DNA of 64,000 bases, taken from assembly GCA_052390235.1 (NCBI GenBank), contig JBQTHB010000002.1, positions 192,001 through 256,000 of the forward strand. Direction: 5' to 3'. This document shows, in pieces, positions 20,181 to 31,714 of this stretch (the first letter of the stretch is position 1; each line of letters opens with the position of its first letter). The notes under the pieces are model-generated. The model made no database searches. It was not told where the DNA came from and saw only the letters and a list, made by a program, of their open reading frames with translations. Position numbers and translations under genes: made by a program. The stretch comes from Deltaproteobacteria bacterium (GTDB lineage: Bacteria > Desulfobacterota_D > UBA1144 > Nemesobacterales > CSP1-2).

Positions 20181-21010
20181 GAGGAAAGAGTTTCACAGTT
20201 ATAGCTCTCCTGCTGATTGCCGCTATTGTGTATTTGTTTGCTGAGGCTCCTGCTCCACTGCCGGACGGCGAGGCAGTAGGGGAGAAAATCCCAATAGAGA
20301 TGGTTTTTGCCATTGCCCAGGCGCAGAACGCCGCTGTGAGGGCGCTTTGGACTAAAGAAATCGTAGGCGAGGGGCAGAAGGCGGGGTTTAAATTTAACGA
20401 AGACTGGCGCGAGGCAGGGGTTGAAGCCGGTCCCCTCCCCGCGCTATTCCTGCGGGCGACGGCGGCGAGCCTCGAGAAAAACCCCGTGAGGCTGAGTCTG
20501 TTTCTAGGCTCGGATTTTCCGATAAATCAGTCAAATGCCTTCACAGGAAGCCAGCTTAAACCGTTCGAGGGGATAAGAAAGGACGGGACGCCGCAGTTTT
20601 TCTACTCCGAAGACACACGGCTCTATACGGGGATGTTCTCCGATTTGGCTCAGGTAGAGCCTTGCGTAACGTGCCACAACGAGCATAAGGACAGCCCCAA
20701 AAAAGACTGGAAAATCGGCGATGTCATGGGCGCGACCACATGGCTCTATCCCAAAGCCATGGTAAGTTCCGACGAGCTTCTGGTGATACTTGCCGCCATT
20801 GAAGCGGGATTCCGCGAGGCTTATTCAGAGTATCTGGAAAAGGCGAAAACGTTCTCGGCCCCTCCTGAAATAGGGAATAAGTGGCCACGGGATGGATATT
20901 TTCTCCCAAGCGCCGATGCCTTCATCCAAGAGGCTAGGGCGCGCTATTCCCCGGGCACTCTGGCATCTCTCCTCAAATCCGCTCTAATCCCTAGCGAAAA
21001 TGGTAAATAG
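20177..21010 (+). CDS. Exported monoheme c protein, Tll0287/DUF3365-like
   Basis: Signal/TM, PLPALFLR, S..PIN..N, CVTCHN.H..SPK..WK.GDVMGA; ATGA overlap with the upstream gene. Confidence 0.75.
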   Translation: MRGKSFTVIALLLIAAIVYLFAEAPAPLPDGEAVGEKIPIEMVFAIAQAQNAAVRALWTKEIVGEGQKAGFKFNEDWREAGVEAGPLPALFLRATAASLEKNPVRLSLFLGSDFPINQSNAFTGSQLKPFEGIRKDGTPQFFYSEDTRLYTGMFSDLAQVEPCVTCHNEHKDSPKKDWKIGDVMGATTWLYPKAMVSSDELLVILAAIEAGFREAYSEYLEKAKTFSAPPEIGNKWPRDGYFLPSADAFIQEARARYSPGTLASLLKSALIPSENGK

Positions 21011-21473
21011 AAATTACTTCTACATCGGCTTGATTTTGACCCTTGCCTTTTTAGCGCAGTATTTTTTTGAGCTTCCCTGCGCATGGCTCGTGGATTTACA
21101 GCGCGGCGGGGATTATAAAATATACTCCGGTATCGCCCTTGCGGCTTACGTTCTCATTCAGTGGAGTTTGTCGCTCTTCAGAGCCGCCGGCAAAATGACA
21201 GAAGCGCGATTCATGTACAGGGTTCATAATCTCATCGGCGTGCTTGCCCCCGTGTTTTTCTATGCCCACTCGGTAACATTTGGCTACGGTTATCAGATTC
21301 TGCTTGCCGCCTCCTTTTTTGCGGTGGTTGTCGTCGGCGTGTGCAATCTGCAGTTCTTGGGGATTAGGGGCAGGGGCGCGTCCAATATCTGGATGATTCT
21401 CCATATAGTCCCCTCGGCGCTGGTGGTGATTCTCATGGCATATCACATTTACGTCGTGGCGTATTATCAGTGA
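21000..21473 (+). CDS. Small integral membrane protein with four His (putative heme-b / ferric-reductase-like TM module)
   Basis: ~5 hydrophobic segments; His pairs YRVH..YAH and MILH..AYH each spaced 14 residues apart; 11-bp overlap with the upstream gene. Confidence 0.65.
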   Translation: MVNRNYFYIGLILTLAFLAQYFFELPCAWLVDLQRGGDYKIYSGIALAAYVLIQWSLSLFRAAGKMTEARFMYRVHNLIGVLAPVFFYAHSVTFGYGYQILLAASFFAVVVVGVCNLQFLGIRGRGASNIWMILHIVPSALVVILMAYHIYVVAYYQ

Positions 21474-21528
21474 TTCAATTCACGATACCGGATTCTACGC
21501 CCGCGTTGTCTTGCGCCCCCCGCCTCCG

Positions 21529-22253
21529 TGTCATTTCGAGGGAGGGGTAAACGGATACTCGTATGTCATTCTCACGAAAGTGGGAATCCAGAGCTTGACG
21601 GAGTTTATGCTGAGTTTATCGAAAGACTCACCATGAAGGCATTTCCTACTATGAGAAGAACTGGATTCCCGCTCAGATTACCTGCGGGAATGACAGCCCT
21701 CTGCGTGTTTTCCCTCGCCCCTTCACAATGAACACATATCTCGCGCCGCTCTTGTCATTTCGATGGAGCGGTAGCGACTGAGAAATCCTCACGCCTGCGC
21801 AATAAGATTCCTCTCTGCGTTCGGAATGACACTTCACCCTGAGCAGAGTCGAACTATGGATTCCCACTTTCGTGAGAATGACATATATCGGTAACGTTCG
21901 GAATTACAATAGGGAGGTGAGATAATCGGAATGGCAGAGCCTCGTCTGTCATTCCCGCAGTCTTTAGAGCGGGAATCCATTTCACATTTAGCCTGAGCGG
22001 AGTTGGGAAGGAAAAAATAAAGTATGTAGTTCGACTCCTCTCACTATAAACTGCGTCGAAGGGGCGGGCGGATACTCGTATGTCATTCTCACGAAAGTGG
22101 GAATCCAGAGCTTGACGGAGTTTATGCTGAGCTTGGTCGAAGGACTCACTATGAAGGCTCTGCCCACGATGAAGAAAACTGGATTCCCGCTCAGATTACC
22201 TGCGGGAATGACAGCCCTCCAGCCATCACTTCACCCTCATCTGCGTCGGAGGG
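21529..22253. repeat. Mosaic array of REP-like palindromes (left copy)
   Basis: Multiple GTCATT...AATGAC-bounded hairpins; ~150-bp direct repeat 21552-21701 / 22069-22219; reverse complement of 25519-26151. Confidence 0.9.
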
Positions 22254-22373
22254 GGCAATAAATCCCTCATCTGGCATCCTGAATATGAAACGCTTTGAAT
22301 AATGTCCAAATCTTTGTATAATAGGAAAAGCTCGGACACTTTGCCGAAAGCGTATTGGAGGGTTTCATCCCAA

Positions 22374-23768
22374 ATGATTCAAAAGCCCCAAAACATCGAA
22401 CAGCTCAAGGCAAGCGAGTACAGACCGCTCTCCGTCAAAGAGGAGATGCGTAGAAATCTCATACGCAAAATGCGCTCCGGCGAGCCTGTATTTCCGCGCA
22501 TCATAGGCTATGAGGAGTCGGTGTTTCCGCAGATTGAAACCGCAGTCCTCGCCGGACACGACATGATTTTTATTGGCGAGCGTGGACAGGCGAAAACCCG
22601 AATCATCAGGGCGCTTATAAACCTCCTCGACGAAGAAATTCCCATCATAAAGGGGAGCGAAATTAACGATAACCCCTACGCCCCAATCTCTCGTATGTGC
22701 AGGGAGCTAGTTGCGGAGTTCGGCGATAAGACCGAAATCGTTTGGGTGAGGCGCGAGGACAGATACGGCGAGAAATTAGCCACGCCCGATGTGTCAATTG
22801 CAGACCTCATCGGCGAGGTTGACCCGATAAAAGTCGCCGAGGGCAGATACCTCTCGGATGAACTCACAATACACTTCGGACTCATACCCCGAAGCAACCG
22901 AGGGATTTTTGCCGTAAACGAGCTACCTGACCTTGTCGAGAAAGTGCAGGTTGGGCTTTTTAACGTGATGGAAGAAAAAGACGTTCAAATCAAGGGCTAT
23001 AAAATCCGCCTCCCGCTCGATATGTGCATTGTCGCCACGGCAAACCCTGAGGACTACACCAACCGAGGCAGAATCATTACGCCGCTCAAAGACCGATTCC
23101 AAGCGCAGGTTAGAACCCACTACCCGATGAGGCAGGAAATTGAAATCGGCATCATGGAGCAGGAAGCGGGGCGTGTAAAAAGGGAGTTCGCCGTCAAAGT
23201 GCCGCCCTTTATCAAGCAAATTATCGCCGAGGTTACGTTTCAAGCTAGAGGCTCGCACGAGATAAATCAGCGCTCCGGCGTGAGCGTCAGAACCTCCATC
23301 GCCAATTTCGAGAGCGTAATTGCGGCGGCTGAGAAGAGGGCGATACGAATGGGCGAGAGGGAAGTCGCCCCGCGGATAACAGACCTGCCCTCGATAATCC
23401 CATCCACAATGGGCAAAATCGAGCTTGAGTACATCGGCGAGGAGACCTCAGAGACCGCCGTCGTGGAAAAGCTCATAAAGCGCGGGATTAAAATCGTATT
23501 TGATTCCTATTTCCCCTCGCTCGGCGTGTTCGCAGAATTTCTTGAGGGTTTCGAGCATGGCTACGTCGAGGTGGCAGACACTATGCCGTCAGATGAATAC
23601 CTTGCGGGACTCAGAGAGGTGCGGGGGCTGAAAAAGTGCCTCGAGCATCTGCGCATTGAGCAGACTCCGGCGGAAATCGCATCGGCAGTCGAGTTCATTC
23701 TCGAGGGACTGCACCTGAGCAATAAGCTCAACAAGGAAAAAGCCCTCGGCAAGATAATCTATAAGTAG
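22374..23768 (+). CDS. AAA+ ATPase, Mg-chelatase/MoxR-related (Rv0958-like)
   Basis: Walker A GERGQAKT, FAVNELPDL, ATANPEDYTNRGRIITPLKDRF; GGAGG SD before ATG 22374. Confidence 0.87.
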   Translation: MIQKPQNIEQLKASEYRPLSVKEEMRRNLIRKMRSGEPVFPRIIGYEESVFPQIETAVLAGHDMIFIGERGQAKTRIIRALINLLDEEIPIIKGSEINDNPYAPISRMCRELVAEFGDKTEIVWVRREDRYGEKLATPDVSIADLIGEVDPIKVAEGRYLSDELTIHFGLIPRSNRGIFAVNELPDLVEKVQVGLFNVMEEKDVQIKGYKIRLPLDMCIVATANPEDYTNRGRIITPLKDRFQAQVRTHYPMRQEIEIGIMEQEAGRVKREFAVKVPPFIKQIIAEVTFQARGSHEINQRSGVSVRTSIANFESVIAAAEKRAIRMGEREVAPRITDLPSIIPSTMGKIELEYIGEETSETAVVEKLIKRGIKIVFDSYFPSLGVFAEFLEGFEHGYVEVADTMPSDEYLAGLREVRGLKKCLEHLRIEQTPAEIASAVEFILEGLHLSNKLNKEKALGKIIYK

Positions 23769-23867
23769 CTTTCCTGCTGAGACCGCCGCGGCATCGGCAA
23801 TCCGCGCGCTTTCGATTCCCCTTCCCTTTGTGCGGGGAGAGGTCGGAGATGGAGGGAGACGACAGAA

Positions 23868-25475
23868 ATGGCGACAACCTACAGATACCGTAAGTGGAGC
23901 GGACAGGGCAGTGAATTCGCGCTTGAGCCTGAGAAGCTATTTGAGAAATTCTCGAATTTCCTCATGGAGGGATGGACTCCCGATGAAGCCCTTGAGTGGA
24001 TGATAAAGCAGGGTTTTCACGGCGACGGGGTTCAGTTTATGGGGATTGACGAACTCCGCTCGCAGGTCTCGAAGCAAAAAGAGGCGATAGCGCAAAAATA
24101 CACCCTGCGGGAGTCGCTCTCGGAAATCAAAAACGATATAAACTCCATAGTCGAGAGGGAACTTGCCGCCCTCGGACAAAAGCTCCCGCCCGTCTCACCC
24201 GAATATCAGAAGCGACGAAACTCCCTTAAAAACCTATCCGATAAAGTTAGCCCAGCCATCGAAGCCCTATCAGACTACGACTTCCTGGACGATGATGCCC
24301 GCGCCATGTTCGAGAGCATCAAACGCAGGCTCGATGACGTCAAAAAAGTGGAGAATTTCGCCTCGCGCAACATGGAGCGCTTCAAGGGGAAAACCCCTCT
24401 CACATTTGACGAGACCCTCTCGATAATTGACAAATTTCAGCAGATGGAAAAACTCGAATTCGGTCTCGCCTCCGGCAATTTCGACAAGGTCAACCTCGAC
24501 GACCTAAAGGAATTTCTCACCGAAAAGGGGATCGGCTCGTTTGCCGTGCTTAGGGATTTGAAGTCAAACCTCGAGCAGTCGGGTTTTATCAAAATCCAGG
24601 GACAGCACGCCAAGCTCAGCCCCAAGGGGATAAGAAAAATCGGACAGCTCGCCCTGAGAGACATTTTCTCATCGCTTAAAAAAGACCAGTTCGGAGGGCA
24701 TGAGACCTCTAAAAGGGGGTTCGGGGCGCTGAAACCCGAAGACACCAAAGAGTACGAATTCGGAGACCCGTTTAATCTAAATCTCATCGGGACGCTTAAA
24801 AATTCTCTCGTTAGGCAGACCCGCGGCGCGGGTGGAATTAAACTTGCGCCGGAGGATTTCGAGGTCTATGAAATGGAGTACTACACGCAGTCAACGACGG
24901 TGCTTCTCTTGGATTTAAGCTGGTCAATGAGTTTTCAGGGCAGATTTCCGGCGGCAAAACGCGTCGCCCTCGCCCTAGACCACCTCATCAAGACCCAATT
25001 CCTGCGGGATGAACTCTACATAGTCGGTTTTTCCACGAGGGCTAAGACGCTTACAACTGAACAGCTCGCCGCCATCACCTGGGACTCAAACGACCCGTTT
25101 ACAAACATTCAAGAGGCGTTGGTGCTGGCCTCGAGACTCCTTTCCAGGCATAAAAACCGCAATAGGCAAATCGTCCTCATCACGGACGGTCAGCCCACGG
25201 CCTATTTCCTCGACGGCTATCTGCAGGTGGAGCTTCCAATGTTCTTCGGAGGGCTTAGCCCAAGGGCGACGTTTGAAACGCTCAAAGAGGTCAAGCGCGT
25301 AACCAAAATGGGGATTACGATAAATACCTTTATGCTCGATGACAGCGCCTCCCTCAGGAGGTTCGTCGAGGAGATGACCCGCATTAATCGCGGCAGGGCA
25401 TTCTTTACCACCCCCTCGCATCTGGGCAAATACCTGCTCGTTGACTATCTCAAACGCAAGAAGAAGCAGATTTAA
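23868..25475 (+). CDS. von Willebrand factor A (VWA) domain protein, partner of the upstream AAA+ ATPase
   Basis: MIDAS DLSWSM, TNIQEAL, ITDGQPT; SD GGAGGGAG. Confidence 0.87.
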   Translation: MATTYRYRKWSGQGSEFALEPEKLFEKFSNFLMEGWTPDEALEWMIKQGFHGDGVQFMGIDELRSQVSKQKEAIAQKYTLRESLSEIKNDINSIVERELAALGQKLPPVSPEYQKRRNSLKNLSDKVSPAIEALSDYDFLDDDARAMFESIKRRLDDVKKVENFASRNMERFKGKTPLTFDETLSIIDKFQQMEKLEFGLASGNFDKVNLDDLKEFLTEKGIGSFAVLRDLKSNLEQSGFIKIQGQHAKLSPKGIRKIGQLALRDIFSSLKKDQFGGHETSKRGFGALKPEDTKEYEFGDPFNLNLIGTLKNSLVRQTRGAGGIKLAPEDFEVYEMEYYTQSTTVLLLDLSWSMSFQGRFPAAKRVALALDHLIKTQFLRDELYIVGFSTRAKTLTTEQLAAITWDSNDPFTNIQEALVLASRLLSRHKNRNRQIVLITDGQPTAYFLDGYLQVELPMFFGGLSPRATFETLKEVKRVTKMGITINTFMLDDSASLRRFVEEMTRINRGRAFFTTPSHLGKYLLVDYLKRKKKQI

Positions 25476-25476
25476 T

Positions 25477-25501
25477 TAGTGGCTAGTGGCTAGTGATTAG
25501 T
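25477..25501 (+). repeat. Short heptamer tandem repeat (TAGTGGC x~3.5)
   Basis: TAGTGGC TAGTGGC TAGTGAT TAGT right after the VWA stop codon. Confidence 0.55.
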
Positions 25502-25518
25502 TTCCACTGCGCCACGCT

Positions 25519-26151
25519 CCCTCCGACGCAGATGAGGGTGAAGTGATAGCTGGATGTGTCATTCCCGCAAGTCAGTTGAGCGAGAATCCAATTTCCCCCA
25601 TCCATAGTGAGTCCTTCGATAAACTCAGGATAAACTCCGTCGAACTATGGATTCCCACTTTCGTGAGAATGACATACGAGTATTCGTTCGCCCCTCCGAT
25701 GTAGTTTATAGTGAGTCTTTCGGTAAGCTCAGGATAGACTCTGTCGAAACGCTCAGGGTGAAGTGGGGTTTTTTTTCTCCCTCATGCTGAGCGGAGTCGA
25801 ACCACATACTTTATTTTTTCCTTCCCTATTCTGCTCGGGCTAAACGTGAAATGTATTCCCGCTCTAAAGACTGCGGGAATGACAAACAGGCTCTGCTATT
25901 CCGAACTCCTCACCCTGTGTCATTCCGAACGCAGAGAGGAATCTTATTCAGGATTTATCGCCCTTCGACGCAGATGAGGGTGAAGTAATGGCTGGAGTGT
26001 TGTCATTCCCACAAGTCATCTGAGTGGGAATCCCATTTCTCTCATAGTGAGTCCTTCGATAAACTCAGGATAAACTCCGTCGAACTATGGATTCCCACTT
26101 CCGTGAGAATGACATACGAGTATCCGCTCCCGCCCCTCCCTCGAAATGACA
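25519..26151. repeat. Mosaic array of REP-like palindromes (right, inverted copy)
   Basis: Internal direct repeat ~25519-25690 / ~25961-26130; collinear reverse complement of 21529-22253. Confidence 0.9.
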
Positions 26152-26279
26152 AGAGGGGCGGGAACGGGTGAAGATGCCATCCTGAATCCCGCATTGCGCG
26201 TCCCTCCCCCCTATGCCTTGACCCTTGCCCGCCTCGAAAGGTAAGCTAAGTTGTATCTGGCATAAGCCGAATTCATCCC

Positions 26280-27998
26280 ATGAGCAAAAACAGAGACATC
26301 GCCGACATTTTCGAGAGCATCGCCGACATCCTCGACATCCTCGATGAAAATTCGTTCCGCGTGAAAGCCTACCGCGCCGCCGCCCGCAGTATTCAGGAAT
26401 TCCCCGAGGATATTAAATCTGCCCTCGATTCTGGCAGGTCCATTAAAATTCCCGGCGTTGGGAGCGATCTGTCCGCCAAAATCCGCGAATTTCTCGATAC
26501 GGGGCGAATAGCCGATTACGACGAGCTTCGCGGGAAAATCCCCTCTACCTTAACAGACCTTCTCAGAATTCAGGGACTTGGCCCAAAGACCCTCTCTAGG
26601 CTCCATCGGGAACTCGCCGTTCGGGACGTAGAAACGCTCGCCCTCGCCCTCGGAGGCGAGAGAATTCTCCAGATGAAGGGTATCGGCACAAAGAAAATAG
26701 AGGAACTCCTGCACGGCGTCGAGCTATTTAGACAGGGACTTGTCCGCAAGCATTTGGGCATTGCCCTACAAGCGGCGGAGGATTTCACCATGCAGGTGAG
26801 AACGCTACCGGGCATCGAGCAAGCGGTGATTTGCGGTTCTGTGCGTCGGATGACCGAGACCGTAGGCGGGGTTGATATAGTCGCCTCCTCAGAGGATACA
26901 ACGCAGATGGTTGCCGCACTCACTCAACTCCCGGATGTGAGGGAGCTTCGCCTGGACGGGGATGCGCAGGCGGTACTCAAGGGCGAAATCGAAGCGCGAA
27001 TCCGCGTAGTTCCCAGAACTTCCTTCGGGGCGGCGGCCCTTAGCTTCACAGGCTCTCCCTCACACTACCTAAAGCTCCAAGCCTCTGCCGAGCGGCTCGG
27101 ACTCAAATTAAACGAGCGAGGGCTATTCCGAGGGGATGAGAAAATCGCAGGCGAATGCGAGGAGGGAATTTACCGCGCGCTTGGGCTTTCGTGGATTCCG
27201 CCGGAAATCAGGGAAGACCGCGGCGAAATCGAGGCGGCATCAGCAGGCGCTCTTCCCCGGCTCGTTCAACTCGGCGACATCCGAGGCGATATGCACACTC
27301 ACTCAAACTGGAGCGATGGCAGGGCGACAATTGAAGAAATGGCTCACAGGGCGCGGGAACTCGGCTATGAATACATCGCCGTAACAGACCACTCGCCGTC
27401 ATCGAGAATCGCAAACGGGCTGTCCCTTGAGCGGCTCACGCAGAAAAAACAGGCCCTAGAAGCCCTGAGAGGCAAAATAAGGGGAATCGAAATTCTCATG
27501 GGAGCAGAGGTTGACATCCTAAACGACGGCTCGCTCGATTACCCCGACGAGGCGCTTGCCGGGCTTGATTTCGTTGTCGCCTCTGTCCATAGCAATTTCA
27601 AAATGGATGGGGAGGCGATGACGAAGCGCATTGCCGCCGCACTGAGGAATCCCTACATCCACGCCCTTGGGCATCCTACGGGCAGGCTCATTGGCGAGCG
27701 CGAGCCTTATGCCGTGGATATGGACGAGGTCATAAGAGTCGCGCGCGATTTCGGCAAGGCGCTTGAGGTGAATTCCAATTTTATGAGGCTCGATTTGAAG
27801 GACACGCACGCCAAAGCCGCCATTGAAGCCGGAGTCAAACTCATAATCTCCACAGACGCCCATCACCCGGAGCAACTCTCCTATATGAGGCTCGGAGTGG
27901 GTACGGCGAGGAGGGCGTGGGCGGGGGCGGCGGATGTTGTGAATACGCTCGAATACGGGGAACTTGCGCGATGGCTCGCCGCAGTGCGGCGGGGATGA
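26280..27998 (+). CDS. polX: DNA polymerase X / PHP-domain 3'-5' exonuclease (altered polymerase site)
   Basis: F(R)VKAYR.AA, IPGVG, GLGPK HhH motifs, FTGS, LNERGL; PHP motifs DMHTHS, TDHS, GAEVDI, GHPTGR, TDAH. Confidence 0.93.
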   Translation: MSKNRDIADIFESIADILDILDENSFRVKAYRAAARSIQEFPEDIKSALDSGRSIKIPGVGSDLSAKIREFLDTGRIADYDELRGKIPSTLTDLLRIQGLGPKTLSRLHRELAVRDVETLALALGGERILQMKGIGTKKIEELLHGVELFRQGLVRKHLGIALQAAEDFTMQVRTLPGIEQAVICGSVRRMTETVGGVDIVASSEDTTQMVAALTQLPDVRELRLDGDAQAVLKGEIEARIRVVPRTSFGAAALSFTGSPSHYLKLQASAERLGLKLNERGLFRGDEKIAGECEEGIYRALGLSWIPPEIREDRGEIEAASAGALPRLVQLGDIRGDMHTHSNWSDGRATIEEMAHRARELGYEYIAVTDHSPSSRIANGLSLERLTQKKQALEALRGKIRGIEILMGAEVDILNDGSLDYPDEALAGLDFVVASVHSNFKMDGEAMTKRIAAALRNPYIHALGHPTGRLIGEREPYAVDMDEVIRVARDFGKALEVNSNFMRLDLKDTHAKAAIEAGVKLIISTDAHHPEQLSYMRLGVGTARRAWAGAADVVNTLEYGELARWLAAVRRG

Positions 27999-28088
27999 TT
28001 CTGTGCGACGCAGGATAAGATTAGCTTGCGCTGATTGATATTGTCGAAGCGGCATATTCCGCTACTTTACATTCGCCGTTTCGGGTGA

Positions 28089-30188
<2,100 letters not shown>

Positions 30189-30222
30189 TGAGGCGGATTT
30201 ATCGCGAACTGCGGGGCCCGCA

Positions 30223-31509
30223 TTATTTCGGAGAAATTCTCTGGGCGCCGCCCATGTAAGGGGCTAAGGCGCTCGGCACGGCGATAGAGCCGTCATACTG
30301 CTGGAAATTTTCGAGTATTGCGACGACTGTCCTTCCCACGGCAAGCCCTGAGCCGTTCAGGGTGTGGACGAATCGCGGTTTCCCCCCCTCTTTCGGGCGG
30401 TATCTGATATTGGCGCGGCGGGCTTGGAAATCCTCAAAATTACTGCACGACGAGATTTCCCTATAGGTGTTCTCGCTCGGAATCCAGACCTCGATGTCGT
30501 AGGTTTTGGCTGATGAAAAGCCCATATCTCCAGTGCAAAGGAGCATCACGCGGTAGGGGAGTTCCAGCAATTCCAATATCGCGCAGGCGTCTTTGGTGAG
30601 CGATTCATGCTCTTCGTAGGAGCGCTCGGGGAGGGCGAATTTCACGAGTTCCACTTTGTTAAACTGGTGCTGGCGAATAATTCCGCGCGTGTCCCTGCCG
30701 TAAGAGCCTGCCTCTTTTCTGAAGCAGGGGGTGTAGGCGGCGTATTTAACTGGGATATCTCCTTCTTCGAGAATCTCGTCCCTGTGGATATTAGTAACTG
30801 GCACTTCGGCCGTGGGTATGAGGAAATACTCAAGCCCGTCTAATTTGAATAGATCCTCCTCAAATTTGGGTAGATTCCCCGTGCCGGTGAAGCTCGCCCT
30901 ATTTGCTATAAAGGGCGGCAGTATCTCACTGTAGCCGTGATGCGCCGTGTGAATGTCTAGCATGAAATTGATGAGGGCGCGCTCAAGCCTCGCTCCAAGC
31001 CCCTTATAGAGGGCAAAACGCGCTCCCGTGATTTTGACGGCCCTGTCTAAATCGAGAATGTCGAGCGTCCGCCCAAGGTCAACGTGGTCTCGCGCGAGGA
31101 AATCAAACTCCCTAGGGGCGCCGCTCCTTGAGACCTCTATATTCTCTGATGAGTCTCTGCCCACGGGAACGGAGGGGTGCGGCATGTTCGGAGCGCTGAG
31201 GAGAAAGTCCCTAAACTCGGCTTCAATCTCATCCCGTTTGCCGGCGAGGGTTTTTATCTGCTCTGACTCCTCTCGAAGCTCAGCTTGGAGCAGGTCGGCA
31301 TCCTCTCCTCTCTTCTCGCGCCTGAGCGCTCCGACCCTCTTCGAGCCTGAATTGCGGCGGTATTCAAGCTCTTCGACTTCCTGAATCGCCCGCCTTCTCT
31401 GCTCGTCAATTTGCAGGAATATGTCCAAATCCACCCCTGCGCCGCCCCTCTCGGACAGCTTCTTCTTAACGTAATCGAGATTCTCTCTTATGTATTTCGG
31501 ATCGAGCAT
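30223..31509 (-). CDS. serS: Serine--tRNA ligase
   Basis: [40 protein letters not shown]. Confidence 0.98.
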   Translation of the reverse strand: MLDPKYIRENLDYVKKKLSERGGAGVDLDIFLQIDEQRRRAIQEVEELEYRRNSGSKRVGALRREKRGEDADLLQAELREESEQIKTLAGKRDEIEAEFRDFLLSAPNMPHPSVPVGRDSSENIEVSRSGAPREFDFLARDHVDLGRTLDILDLDRAVKITGARFALYKGLGARLERALINFMLDIHTAHHGYSEILPPFIANRASFTGTGNLPKFEEDLFKLDGLEYFLIPTAEVPVTNIHRDEILEEGDIPVKYAAYTPCFRKEAGSYGRDTRGIIRQHQFNKVELVKFALPERSYEEHESLTKDACAILELLELPYRVMLLCTGDMGFSSAKTYDIEVWIPSENTYREISSCSNFEDFQARRANIRYRPKEGGKPRFVHTLNGSGLAVGRTVVAILENFQQYDGSIAVPSALAPYMGGAQRISPK

Positions 31510-31714
31510 AGCCGCACCTTTTTCGCTGCGGCGGCTGGGGCTTATAGTCTATACCGCCGATGGATTTACCATTAGAAGATGCTCAATTCAGCCTAAAAGT
31601 CAACTTTTTACGGTAAGTTTTGGGTTTGCGCTGAGTAGAGTGTTTTGCAGACTCTGGGATGAATCCCGCGCTTAGCTATCTATATCTAATCGGGTATATC
31701 GAGGAGGTGAAAAA

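Noticed and set aside
21528..21867. Short ORFs (67 and 64 aa) inside the repeat array, and similar ORFs at 37185 and 42042-42361
   Set aside because: They are translations of palindromic repeats with no SD or coding signal
21529..26151. CRISPR array
   Set aside because: Units are irregular, in mixed orientation, and the intervening sequences are themselves repeated; no constant repeat with unique spacers and no cas genes
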